Positions 10,752-21,002 of a stretch of DNA of 64,000 bases are shown piece after piece. The stretch is from positions 571,025-635,024 of the forward strand of contig CAVYZF010000011.1 in assembly GCA_963772955.1 (NCBI GenBank), given 5' to 3'. Positions within the stretch are counted from its first letter, which is position 1. Every line of letters begins with the position of its first letter. Position numbers and translations under genes: made by a program. The notes beneath the pieces are model-generated. The model was not told where the DNA came from, searched no databases, and was given only the letters and a program-made list of their open reading frames with translations. Origin of the DNA: an uncultured Acidobacteriota bacterium (GTDB taxonomy: Bacteria; Acidobacteriota; Vicinamibacteria; Vicinamibacterales; UBA2999).

Positions 10752-11422
10752 TACGCGACCTTCCCTTCCTCTACCTTTGACGTGGGTGTGTCTTCGACGC
10801 CACCCTTCTCGAAAGCCAGTTGTCCACGGCTGAACCAGCAGTGCAACAGCAACAGATCGTGTGGCAGCGCACGCCGCGCGATCACCGACAGCCGATTGAA
10901 GACCTCGCGGACATCGAGCACGTGAAGCAACGGCGGCAGCAGGCCGGCGGTCTCTTCCAATCGCTGCAGATGCACTCTCTCTTCGTCGGAGGACACTGGC
11001 GGCCACAAGAGACCGGTATTCTCGTGAACCGCTGTCTCAATCGCGCGTAACTGCTGATCGCTCAACGCGGCCGGCTCAGTGAATCCGATCCAGAGGCGGA
11101 TCACCGGCTCGAGATTCGGGACGTGAAACGACGCCACTCGACGGACGTTCCCCAGGGCAAGCAACCACTCCGCGACACCAGTCGGGTTCGCACCGATCCA
11201 CGTCGTCTCCTCCTGACGCGCAGACTCCATGGACGGACGCAGGGACGCCGGCACCTCCGACCGTGCCAGCACATGTTCACTGACACCGTTCGGATGCTCA
11301 ACGAGCATGGCCACCCGAACATCGTCGAGACTGCGGACGAACCCGACGCTGTGGAACGGAGAGACTTCGTGCACGGCTTGCCGGAAGGCGGCCAGCGCAA
11401 CGCGCGACGGGAGACCGAGCAT
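10751..11422 (-). CDS. hypothetical GAF-like protein, translationally coupled to zwf
   Basis: 223 aa. Its stop TAA shares one base with the zwf ATG (TAATG at 10749-10753). The second half ([25 protein letters not shown]) reads like the start of a GAF-type domain that then ends abruptly. Assignment is weak. Confidence 0.5.
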   Translation of the reverse strand: MLGLPSRVALAAFRQAVHEVSPFHSVGFVRSLDDVRVAMLVEHPNGVSEHVLARSEVPASLRPSMESARQEETTWIGANPTGVAEWLLALGNVRRVASFHVPNLEPVIRLWIGFTEPAALSDQQLRAIETAVHENTGLLWPPVSSDEERVHLQRLEETAGLLPPLLHVLDVREVFNRLSVIARRALPHDLLLLHCWFSRGQLAFEKGGVEDTPTSKVEEGKVA

Positions 11423-11475
11423 GGGAAAGCGTCAGTCTCTCACAACCTTAAGCGGCGCGGCTACCATGGGAACAC

Positions 11476-12375
11476 ATGCGAATAGGCGCACACATGTCGG
11501 TCGCCGGAGGGGTGTCGACAGCCGTCGACCGCGCGGTCGTCCACGGATGCGAGGCGTTGCAGATCTTTTGCAAGAACGCGAACCAGTGGATCGGCAAGCC
11601 GCTTGCCGCTGACGAAATCGTCCGATTTCGACAGCGAGTGGACGAAACCGAACTCGCACCGGTCGTCTCCCACGCCAGCTACTTGATCAATCTCGCCACG
11701 TCGCAGCCACATCTTCGGAAACAGTCGATCGATGCATTCGTGGATGAACTCGATCGCGCCGAGTCGCTCGGCTTACGTGGCGTCGTGATTCATCCGGGGA
11801 CCTGTACGAGTGGCACAGAAGCGAACGCCCTGCGGCTCATCGCGCAAGCCATCGCAAGCGCGTTCAAGTCACGTCCGCGTCACAACGTCATGGTGCTGCT
11901 CGAGCACACAGCCGGCCAGGGCCGAACCGTCGGCCATCGCTTCGAACACCTCGCGACGATCCTCACGCATCTCAACGGCTCGCCCCGAGTCGGTGTCTGC
12001 CTTGACACCTGTCATTTGCTCGCCTCGGGCTACGACATCGCAGATGCGCCTGGCTACGACGACACGTTCGAGTCGTTCGATCAGCTTGTGGGCTTCGACC
12101 GACTCGAGGTCTTTCACGGCAACGACTCGAAGAAGCCGTGCGGGAGTCGCGTCGATCGCCACGAGCACATTGGCAAGGGATTCGTGGGGCTCGAGCCGTT
12201 CCGGAGGCTGCTCAACGACGAGCGCTTCGCCCGGAAAGCGATCCTGATCGAGACGGAGAAGAAAGGTGGCCCCGAGCGCGCGGGGACGCTGGTCGTTGAT
12301 CCCTATGACAAAAAGAACCTGGCGACGCTGCGGAGACTGCGCGGATCGTCTACTTCCTCCCTAACGAAGCCTTGA
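11476..12375 (+). CDS. nfo: deoxyribonuclease IV (endonuclease IV)
   Basis: 299 aa. Motifs MRIGAHMSVAGG, VIHPG, LLEHTAGQG and CLDTCH (TIM-barrel AP endonuclease 2 signature). Confidence 0.9.
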   Translation: MRIGAHMSVAGGVSTAVDRAVVHGCEALQIFCKNANQWIGKPLAADEIVRFRQRVDETELAPVVSHASYLINLATSQPHLRKQSIDAFVDELDRAESLGLRGVVIHPGTCTSGTEANALRLIAQAIASAFKSRPRHNVMVLLEHTAGQGRTVGHRFEHLATILTHLNGSPRVGVCLDTCHLLASGYDIADAPGYDDTFESFDQLVGFDRLEVFHGNDSKKPCGSRVDRHEHIGKGFVGLEPFRRLLNDERFARKAILIETEKKGGPERAGTLVVDPYDKKNLATLRRLRGSSTSSLTKP

Positions 12376-13855
12376 TATCGGCGACCGACGTCAATCGATC
12401 GGGATTGAGGTTGTGGACAGACATGATCCGATCGACATCGAGCTTCAATCGCTCAATGTTATCGGCGAACACGATCGTGCCTGTCACCGGCGGATTCGGA
12501 ACCGGCGCGTCTGCAGGCGGCAGATTGAACATGTCGGCGTACACGAGGATCTTTTCCTTCGGCAAGTAACCGATCACGTTGCCGTCGGCGTGCGGCAGTC
12601 CTTTGATCACGTAGAGCTCGAGCGTCCGCGTTGCATCCTGGAAGACCCGCTTGTCGCCCGTGAACCCTTCGATCACCGGCTTCTTCCCCGACTTCGACTG
12701 CGAATCCGGCGCCAGCGTCCGCGGCGCAGACAACGCGTTCATCAGGAACGCCTTGTTCACCTCGGGCGTGACGATGGTGATGCCTTCTGCGACGACAGCC
12801 GGAAGACCGCTCGTGTGATCGAAGTGGTGATGCGAGATCACGCCGTAGCGGATCGGCTTGTTCGGGATCACCTTCTTCGTCTCGGCGATGATCGCCTGCG
12901 CGCGTGCTTCGTTCTGCGGACCCGGCTCGAACAGGACGATGTGATCGGCGAATTCGATGGCGAGCGCGTTGTAGGCGCCGTTGATGCGAAAGACGCCGTC
13001 GGCCAGCTTCTCCGATGTCGCGCCAGCCGCCGCTCCTGGACCACCGGGAGCTCCACCCGGACCGCCACCACGTCCGGCGGGCGGAGGCGTCGGCGTCATC
13101 AACGCCTGAAGGTTCGACGGGTTCGCGTGCGCGCCGAGCACGTAGGCCTCGAACGTCGGCCAGCCACCACGCTTCTGCACGATGGTTGCGGGAAACTTCA
13201 GACCGTTGTTGTCACGATAGTTCGAGTAGTCAGTCTCGACGAGCATGTCGCCAAAGATAGGATTCTCGACCCACGTCTGCACCCGCTCGACGAGGTTCTG
13301 ATTGTTGATATACCCGACCAGCCGATAGGCCTGTCCTCCCGGCGATTTGATCGGCGAGTTCCACGTCACCACCTGATATCGCCTGCCGCCGACGTTCTGC
13401 CCCTTCACGGTCGCGTTATTCGCGACCGCGCCTTTGAGGAAGCCCCACGGCGTGACCCAGATCTCCAGCTGGTTCGCCCATCCTTGCGACTGCGGAGTGA
13501 TGAGTTGCTGCGTCTGAGGCGTTCCCTGCGCGAGCGTCGCGCGGCCACCCGTGACCGGAACGGCGTAGGAGGCCCACGTGGCACGCGATGCCGGCTGACT
13601 GAAGTCGATGGCGCGCACATAGTCGTTCTGTGCCGCCATCGGCCAGGGCTGGTTGGCGTTGTTGTTCTGCCCGAGGTTCCCGGCCTGCGCGGTCCCGTAG
13701 AAGTAAATCGAATTAAGGCCATCAACGCCCATTGCTTTCGAGGCGTTCGCGAGCACCGTCCTGGCGTCCTGCGCACTCGCCGTAGACACGGCAAGTCCGA
13801 GCATTGCCATTGCAGCGAGCCATTTCCCCAGCATCTTCCACCCTCCGGCCGCCAT
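12350..13855 (-). CDS. secreted two-domain protein with a C-terminal MBL-fold metallo-hydrolase domain
   Basis: Start set at MAAGGWKMLGKWLAAMAMLGLAVSTASAQ (signal peptide). A Gly/Pro-rich linker separates the domains. HHHFDH metal-binding motif (VISHHHFDHTSG). The 934-aa ORF in the track is an antisense extension over cobS. Confidence 0.8.
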   Translation of the reverse strand: MAAGGWKMLGKWLAAMAMLGLAVSTASAQDARTVLANASKAMGVDGLNSIYFYGTAQAGNLGQNNNANQPWPMAAQNDYVRAIDFSQPASRATWASYAVPVTGGRATLAQGTPQTQQLITPQSQGWANQLEIWVTPWGFLKGAVANNATVKGQNVGGRRYQVVTWNSPIKSPGGQAYRLVGYINNQNLVERVQTWVENPIFGDMLVETDYSNYRDNNGLKFPATIVQKRGGWPTFEAYVLGAHANPSNLQALMTPTPPPAGRGGGPGGAPGGPGAAAGATSEKLADGVFRINGAYNALAIEFADHIVLFEPGPQNEARAQAIIAETKKVIPNKPIRYGVISHHHFDHTSGLPAVVAEGITIVTPEVNKAFLMNALSAPRTLAPDSQSKSGKKPVIEGFTGDKRVFQDATRTLELYVIKGLPHADGNVIGYLPKEKILVYADMFNLPPADAPVPNPPVTGTIVFADNIERLKLDVDRIMSVHNLNPDRLTSVADIKASLGRK

Positions 13856-13918
13856 GATGGCAAAGAAAACCGGCCCCTTCAATCGGTCTGCGAAGGTTTT
13901 GCGATAATTTGATCTCGA

Positions 13919-14926
13919 ATGAGCATGAGTCCCACGTATCAGCCGGCCGGGGCCGCGAATGCGCTCGGCCAGCCCGACGTTGTCGTTTCGGCCCGCGAGC
14001 TTTTCAAGATCGACACAGACCTCCAGGTGCCGGCCTTCTCGTCCGCGGAAGAGCACGTCCCACCGCTCGACCCGGACTATGTCTTCGACCGCGACACCAC
14101 GCTGGCGCTGCTCGCAGGGTTCGTGCACAACCGTCGCGTGATGATTCAGGGCCGGCACGGAACGGGTAAATCGAGCCACGTCGAACAGGTCGCTTCTCGT
14201 CTCAACTGGCCCTGCGTCCGCGTCAACCTCGATGGACATGTCAGCCGCATGGATCTCATCGGCAAAGACGCCATCGTCGTGCGCGACGGCAAGCAGGTCA
14301 CCGAGTTCCAGCCCGGGATTCTCACGTGGGCGCTTCAACGTCCGTGTGCGCTCGTCTTCGACGAGTACGACGCGGGACGCGCCGACGTGATGTTCGTCAT
14401 TCAGCGCGTGCTCGAAGTCGAGGGCCGGCTGACGCTCCTCGATCAGAGCAAGGTCATCGAACCACACTCGTCGTTCCGCCTGTTCGCGACGGCCAACACT
14501 GTGGGACTCGGCGACGCCAGCGGTCTCTATCACGGGACACAAACGCTCAATCAGGGCCAGATGGATCGCTGGAACATCGTCGTCACGCTGAACTATCTCG
14601 AACACGATCGCGAGGTGGACGTCGTGCTGGCGCGATGCCCCGAATACCGGAACCCTGAAGGGCGGGCGCAGGTCGGCGCGATGGTGGCCCTCGCCAACCT
14701 CACGCGGCGCGGATTTGGCGACGGCGATCTGTCGACGCTGATGTCGCCGCGCACGGTTGTGACCTGGGCGCAGAACACCACGCTCTTCCACGACACCGCG
14801 CTGGCCTTCAAGCTGACGTTCCTCAATCGCTGCGACGAGGATGAGCGCGCACTGGTCGCGGAGTACTACCAGCGCTGCATCGGGCAGGACCTTCCGGAAG
14901 ATCGGCGCGGGCCTGGCCTCAGGTGA
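13919..14926 (+). CDS. cobS: CobS-like AAA+ (MoxR-class) ATPase
   Basis: 335 aa. Reads like aerobic cobaltochelatase CobS along its whole length (FKIDTDLQVPAFS, GRHGTGKSSHVEQVA Walker A, ALVFDEYDAGRADVMFVIQRVLE Walker B, FRLFATANTVGLGD). Confidence 0.85.
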   Translation: MSMSPTYQPAGAANALGQPDVVVSARELFKIDTDLQVPAFSSAEEHVPPLDPDYVFDRDTTLALLAGFVHNRRVMIQGRHGTGKSSHVEQVASRLNWPCVRVNLDGHVSRMDLIGKDAIVVRDGKQVTEFQPGILTWALQRPCALVFDEYDAGRADVMFVIQRVLEVEGRLTLLDQSKVIEPHSSFRLFATANTVGLGDASGLYHGTQTLNQGQMDRWNIVVTLNYLEHDREVDVVLARCPEYRNPEGRAQVGAMVALANLTRRGFGDGDLSTLMSPRTVVTWAQNTTLFHDTALAFKLTFLNRCDEDERALVAEYYQRCIGQDLPEDRRGPGLR

Positions 14927-16590
14927 GCAACAGTCCGTTCCCGGACAAGACGCTCGAAGCTGTCGGCGCCTGTACTCGGGCACTCGGACGCCTCGAGTTC
15001 GCCGATGCCGCCGTCGCGTCATCGGATGCCGCAACGTTGTCCGGACTCCGCGCATTCGGGGATCGCCTCGCGCTGCGCGCCCGGTTTCATGACGCGCCGA
15101 TCCATCAGCGTTCGCGTCCAGGTGGCGAGCTTGATGCCGACGTGTTCGATGCACTCGAACTGGCCCGCCTCGATACCATCGGCGTGCAGTGGCTCCAGGG
15201 GGTTGCGAACAACCTTCTCTCGCACCCGGGTGTCGACGCTGATGGCGTGCGATGGCTCGCCTTCGAGGTGTTGAGCGGCGTTGCGGCCCCCAAAGAGAAG
15301 ACTGACCTCATCAGGAAGCTTCGTCGACAACTCCCTAAGAGCGTTGTGACCGGCCTCGCTCCGCTTGCTGCGCTTCTCAGAGACCAATCTCGATTCAGCG
15401 AAGAAGCCGCAAAGTGGATTCGCTCGGCGGTCCCACATATTCCGAAGGCCGATGCGCCCCCGCCGGGAGCGTTGCCCTTCGAGTTGCGGACGAGGGTAAA
15501 CGTCCGCACTCTCCCTCGACGCGGTGATCCGGGAGCCACCTCGGCACCACTGAAGAAGAGACAGGAAGGAACGCAGGACTCGGAGGGCTCCGCCGGCTCT
15601 GGCGCCATCACGAAAGGCGGCACGGAAGGCATCAGCTATCGCGCCTACACGACGGCCCACGATCGCATCGTCAACGCGGCCGCGCTCGCCGATCGCTCCG
15701 AGCTCGCCGAGTTGCATCTCAAGCTCGAGGCCGAGCTCGGCTCGATTCGCCCCGTCGTCGCGCGTCTCGCCAAGCGGCTCCTGCGTGTGCTGATGGCGCG
15801 ACAAACCCGCCACTGGCGTTTCGACCTCGACGAAGGTGTCATCGATGGATCGCGGCTCGCCGCGTTAGTGGCAAGCCGTGGCACGGCACGGCCGTTCAAG
15901 GAAGAGGGCGAATCGCCATTTCCGAGCACGGTCGTGACCCTGCTCATCGACCACTCCGGATCGATGCGCGGCAGACCGATGCTCATCGCCGCACTGACCG
16001 TGGAGATCTTCGCGCGAGTGCTCGAGCGCTGCGGCGTGCGGTGCGAAGTCCTTGGCTTTACGACCCGCGAGTGGGACGGGGGCGAGCCGGCACGTGAATG
16101 GGCCGCGAACGGATATCCCGAGAGTCCTGGCCGCCTGAACGCACTCCAGCACATCATCATCAAGAGCGCCGACATCCCGTGGCGGCGCGCCCGCGTCGCA
16201 TTGGGACTCTTTCTGCACGACGAGATGTTGAAAGAGAACATCGACGGCGAAGCGCTTGCGTGGGCTCACGCTCGACTGCTCGCGCGATCCGAGCGCCGGC
16301 GCATCCTGGTGGTGGTGTCAGACGGCACGCCGATGGACGAGGCGACGCTGGCGGCCAACGGTCACGAGTACCTCGAGAGCCACTTGCAGCAGGTGGTCAC
16401 CGACATCGAGAATCGTTCGCCGGTGCAGCTGGCGGCGATCGGGATCGGTCACGACGTCTCGCTTTTCTACAGCAACGCCACAACGATCGCCCGCATCGAC
16501 CACCTCGGCCCGGCCCTCAGCACCAAGCTGACCTCGCTTCTGGCCGAAGACCGTGGCTCGAAGAGGGGCCGAGCGCAGGATTCTGCGTAG
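14923..16590 (+). CDS. cobT: CobT-like protein with C-terminal VWA domain
   Basis: 555 aa. 4-nt overlap with cobS. VWA MIDAS-type motif LLIDHSGSM; later ILVVVSDGTPMD. Confidence 0.8.
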   Translation: MSNSPFPDKTLEAVGACTRALGRLEFADAAVASSDAATLSGLRAFGDRLALRARFHDAPIHQRSRPGGELDADVFDALELARLDTIGVQWLQGVANNLLSHPGVDADGVRWLAFEVLSGVAAPKEKTDLIRKLRRQLPKSVVTGLAPLAALLRDQSRFSEEAAKWIRSAVPHIPKADAPPPGALPFELRTRVNVRTLPRRGDPGATSAPLKKRQEGTQDSEGSAGSGAITKGGTEGISYRAYTTAHDRIVNAAALADRSELAELHLKLEAELGSIRPVVARLAKRLLRVLMARQTRHWRFDLDEGVIDGSRLAALVASRGTARPFKEEGESPFPSTVVTLLIDHSGSMRGRPMLIAALTVEIFARVLERCGVRCEVLGFTTREWDGGEPAREWAANGYPESPGRLNALQHIIIKSADIPWRRARVALGLFLHDEMLKENIDGEALAWAHARLLARSERRRILVVVSDGTPMDEATLAANGHEYLESHLQQVVTDIENRSPVQLAAIGIGHDVSLFYSNATTIARIDHLGPALSTKLTSLLAEDRGSKRGRAQDSA

Positions 16591-16623
16591 CTCACGAGGG
16601 TTTCCGAGCGAGAAGGCGCGGGA

Positions 16624-18576
16624 GTGCGCGCGATTTCACAAGAGAATTCCCTTAGCGTTGCACGCTCCTGCTCTTCTGGTTCCACACCCTTCAGTCGATA
16701 TGTCTCTCGTATGTCCCGGCAGAGCGCGCGGGTTCCACTTCACATCGACGCAAGCCCGCGGACCAATCCGGCGCCGGACGAGACGCTCGCCGGCCTCGTT
16801 CGCCCCACGGCCCCGCTGCGCCCCAGCGCGTCGGCAATGGGCGCGCATGAAGCATTCATCGCCGATCCCACGCTCTATGCCCTGGCCGTTGTCGACGATC
16901 ACGGCACGCCCATCGGTCTCATCAATCGCTTCCGCTTCCGTGAGACCTTGTGGGAGCAGTCTGGCGAAGAGACACTGAAGAACCGACCGGTCGGCATGGT
17001 CATGGACAGGACACCGCTGATCCTCGACGAGCACGCACCCATCGAACACCTCAGCGAGATTCTGAGCGACGACAGCACCAAGTACATCTTCGACGGCTTC
17101 ATCGTGACGCGCCGCGGGAAGTACCTCGGCATCGGCACTGGCTTCAGCCTGATGCGCCGCATCACCGAGCGACGCCAGGCCACACTGGCGCACCTCGCGT
17201 ATCACGACACGCTGACAGGCCTGCCCAACCGTCAACTGTTTCTCGACAGACTCGGTCAGGCCATTGCCAGCGCCGCGCGCAATCGCCGGCGGCTCTCAAT
17301 CTTCTACATCGACCTCGATCGCTTCAAAGTCGTCAACGACGGTCTCGGACACACCATTGGCGACCTCCTGCTCCAGCAGATCGCCGAACGCTTCCGATCG
17401 GTCATCCGCAAGCAGGACACCGTCGCCCGCCTGAGCGGCGATGAGTTCGCCGTCGTGCTCACGGAGATGGCATCGTTCGAGCAAGCCGAGCTCGTCGCGC
17501 AGAAACTCCTCGACGTCGTCCGCCAGCCATTCGTCCTCGACGGTCACGAGGTCCACATCTCGTGCAGCATCGGCGCAGTTGAGTATCCGAATCACAGCGA
17601 GAACCAGCACACGCTCCTCCGCATGGCCGACGATGCGCTATCGGCCGCGAAGCGGTTCCGGAACACGATGCGCAGATATACGGACGACATGGCGCGGCCG
17701 GCAGCGACAACGCCGCTCGTGTTCAGCACCGTTCGGCGCGCGATCGATTTCGGCGAGCTCGAGGTGTACTACCAGCCGCAGGCAGACATGCGAACCGGAG
17801 CCATCTGCGCACTCGAGGCGCTGGTGCGCTGGAACGACCCGTCGAGAGGCTTCGTCTCGACGAACGAGCTGATCCAGCTCGCGGAAGACGCCGGGCTGAT
17901 CTCGGAGATCACGCATTTCGTGTGCGGATCGGCAATGAAACAGTTCCGAGCCTGGCAGGAGTCGCGAATCGGACACGGTTTGCGGCTCGCGGTCAACATC
18001 TCCGGCATCGAAGTCCGTGACGGCGTACTGCCGGCGATGCTCCGCGAACACATTCGGCACGCAGGCCTGTCGATGTCGATGCTCGAATTGGAGCTCACGG
18101 AGAGCGGCCTGATGTTCTCCGACGCCATCGCGACGCAGCTGCTTTCTGATCTTCGCGAAGAAGGCGTGCGCGTGTCGGTCGACGACTTCGGAACCGGCTA
18201 CTCGTCGCTCGGACGTCTGCAGCGTCTGCCGGTCGACGTCCTGAAGATCGACAAGGCGTTCATCGAGGACATCGGCACCGGCGCCAGGCAGGGCGCGCTC
18301 GTCCGCGCCATCGTGATGATGGCTCATTCGCTCGACTTGACGGTCGTGGCCGAAGGCGTCGAGACCGACGTCCAGCGCGTCTTCCTGGAACGTCATGGCT
18401 GCGACCTGTATCAGGGGCACCTGCTCAGTCCTCCACTGCCACCCTCGCAGATGGAGCAATACCTGAGTGAGCGGCACGCCGCTCCGAGCGCCGTTGGGCG
18501 CGGGCGCAAGACACGCGTACACACGTCCTCCACCTCCGCGCGCACCGTCGAGCAGTCACTTCCACTTCAAGAGTGA
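16624..18576 (+). CDS. CBS-like sensor / GGDEF / EAL protein (c-di-GMP turnover)
   Basis: Motifs HDTLTGLPNR, RLSGDEFAV (GGDEF variant SGDEF), EALVRW, DDFGTGYSS and KIDKAF. The exact start is uncertain (alternative Met codons downstream). Confidence 0.85.
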   Translation: MRAISQENSLSVARSCSSGSTPFSRYVSRMSRQSARVPLHIDASPRTNPAPDETLAGLVRPTAPLRPSASAMGAHEAFIADPTLYALAVVDDHGTPIGLINRFRFRETLWEQSGEETLKNRPVGMVMDRTPLILDEHAPIEHLSEILSDDSTKYIFDGFIVTRRGKYLGIGTGFSLMRRITERRQATLAHLAYHDTLTGLPNRQLFLDRLGQAIASAARNRRRLSIFYIDLDRFKVVNDGLGHTIGDLLLQQIAERFRSVIRKQDTVARLSGDEFAVVLTEMASFEQAELVAQKLLDVVRQPFVLDGHEVHISCSIGAVEYPNHSENQHTLLRMADDALSAAKRFRNTMRRYTDDMARPAATTPLVFSTVRRAIDFGELEVYYQPQADMRTGAICALEALVRWNDPSRGFVSTNELIQLAEDAGLISEITHFVCGSAMKQFRAWQESRIGHGLRLAVNISGIEVRDGVLPAMLREHIRHAGLSMSMLELELTESGLMFSDAIATQLLSDLREEGVRVSVDDFGTGYSSLGRLQRLPVDVLKIDKAFIEDIGTGARQGALVRAIVMMAHSLDLTVVAEGVETDVQRVFLERHGCDLYQGHLLSPPLPPSQMEQYLSERHAAPSAVGRGRKTRVHTSSTSARTVEQSLPLQE

Positions 18577-18856
18577 TTCTGAGACTCGCTCGCAAGCTTT
18601 GAGCGAGGCGCGCCCCTGATGCAGCATCGGGTTGCCCGTGCGGCATCCGGCCTCGCTGAATCTCTGCGCGTGGCCGTGCCAGTCGACGGTCCCGGCCGTA
18701 CACGGCCGAGGTCGAGCTGCGCTACCAAGCCATCGGCAGGAAGTCCTACCTCGGCGTTCTGACGCCCGGTGTTAGGATCGTCCCTTCCTTCTCTGACCTC
18801 ACCTTGATGGCAGCTGCGCGGATCTCACAACACGACCTTGTCTCCACGAGGCGGGC

Positions 18857-21002
18857 ATGAACGTTCGGCCCGGCTCACCGTATCCTCTCGGCGCAACCTG
18901 GGACGGCTCCGGCGTCAACTTCGCGATCTTCTCGGAGCACGCGCTGAAGGTTGAGTTGTGCCTGTTCGATTCGCCCGACGCCGCGCGCGAGTCCGCTCGC
19001 ATCACGCTGCCCGAGCAAACCGACCTCATCTGGCACGGCTACATCCCGGGCATCCTGCCGGGTCAGTTGTACGGCTACCGGCTCCATGGTCCGTACTCAC
19101 CTGAGCACGGGCAGCGGTTCAATCCCAACAAGGTCGTGCTCGAGCCGTATGCGAAGGCGATCGGCCGCAACATCCGCTGGAGCGACGAAGTCCACGGATA
19201 CCGCTTCCGGGACCCCAAAGAAGACCTCGCCTTCGACAGCCGCGACAATGCCCCCTTCGCGATGCTGGCCGCGGTCATCGATCCGGCCTTCACGTGGGGT
19301 GACGATCGTCGCCCGCGCACGCCGTGGCACGAGACGGTCATCTACGAATTGCACGTCAAGGGTTTCACGCGACGACATCCGCGCCTGGCGGAGGCGATGC
19401 GGGGCACTTACGCGGGGCTCGGATCGGATGAGGCGATCCAGCATCTGAAAACCCTCGGCGTCACGGCCGTCGAACTGATGCCGGTGCATCACCATGCGTA
19501 CGATCGGCACCTCATCGAGCGTCACTTAAGCAACTACTGGGGATACAACACCAGCGCCTTCTTCGCGCCCGATACCCGCTACTCGATGAGCAAGAGTTCG
19601 TCCGGATCGGTGCGCGAGTTCAAGACGATGGTCCGCAATCTGCACGCAGCCGGGATCGAAGTGATTCTGGACGTCGTGTACAACCATACGGCCGAGGGCG
19701 ATCACCTCGGACCCACGCTGTCGCTCCGCGGCGTCGACAATGTCGCGTACTATCGCCTGGATCCGAGGAGCCCACGCTTTTATCAGGACTATACCGGCTG
19801 CGGGAACACGCTCAACATGCGCCACCCGCGCGTGCTGCAGCTCATCATGGACAGCTTGCGCTACTGGATCCTCGAGATGCACGTCGACGGATTCCGCTTC
19901 GATCTGGCAAGTGCCCTCGCGCGTGAATTACACGCAGTCGATCGCCTCGGCGCGTTCTTCGACATCATTCATCAGGACCCGGTGATCTCTCAGGTCAAGC
20001 TCATCGCCGAGCCATGGGATCTGGGTGAGGGTGGTTATCAGGTTGGCAACTTCCCGGTCGGCTGGGCGGAATGGAACGGCCGCTATCGCGACTCGATCCG
20101 GCGATTCTGGCGATCCGACGGTGGCCTGATCTCCGAGCTCGCGACACGTATCGCTGGAAGCAGCGACCTCTACGACCATAGCGGACGCCGGCCGCACGCA
20201 AGCGTGAACTTCGTGACGTGTCATGACGGATTCACGCTGAACGATCTGGTCAGCTACAACCAGAAACACAACGAGGCGAATCTCGAGGGCAACCGCGACG
20301 GCGAGAACAACAACCACAGCTTCAACTACGGAGTCGAAGGGCCAACCTCCGATCCGAAGATCCGCGCCGTCCGCGAACGTCAGAAGCGCAACTTCCTGGC
20401 AACAGTGTTCCTGTCGTTGGGAGTACCGATGCTATACGCCGGCGACGAGATGGGGCGCACTCAGCGGGGCAATAACAACGCGTACTGCCAGGACAACGAG
20501 ATCAGCTGGGTGGATTGGCAGCGGTCTGTCGAACAGGAGGACCTGCTACGGTTCACCAAGTACATGATCGAGTTGCGCCGCGACCAGCCGGTACTCAAGC
20601 GGCGCCGATTCTTTCAGGGCAGAAGCACTCGCGAAGGCGCCCCGAAAGACATCACCTGGTTCGCACCGGACGGTAGTGAGATGTCTGACGCGACCTGGGG
20701 CAACGCGGATGCACGCACGCTCGGCGTACAGGCTGGACGGCACGCAGATCGACGAAACCGACGAACACGGTAACCCGATCGTCGGCGACACGTTGTTTCT
20801 ATTGATCAGCGCTCACGATGAACCGATCCGCTTCGCCTTCCCTGCTCCGACATCGACGCAACAGTGGCTCCGGCTGCTCGACACATCCGATGCGCGCTGG
20901 GCGAGGCATGTCGCTTGTGACAGCACCCACTACGAGCTCGCCGCCCACTCCATCGTCGTGTTCAGGCTGACCGACCGATCGACCAATGGTGGTGCCGCGT
21001 GA
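18857..21002 (+). pseudogene. glgX: glycogen debranching enzyme GlgX, one frame break near 20730 (pseudogene or assembly indel)
   Basis: ORF 18857..20773 is GlgX-like ([47 protein letters not shown]). The C-terminal 90 aa ([37 protein letters not shown]) continue in the +1 frame, ORF 20676..21002. The stop overlaps the treS GTG (GTGA). Length 2146 nt equals 3n+1. Confidence 0.85.

Noticed and set aside
13856-15154. N-terminal 430 aa of the 934-aa minus-strand ORF 12350..15154.
   Set aside because: It runs antisense to the strongly supported cobS/cobT genes and is Arg/Pro-rich nonsense typical of high-GC antisense frames. A signal peptide with a Met at 13855 gives a sensible MBL protein.
18585-18607. 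Hairpin CTCGCTC-N9-GAGCGAG just after the GGDEF-EAL stop, as an intrinsic terminator.
   Set aside because: The stem is short and is followed by GC-rich sequence with no T tract.
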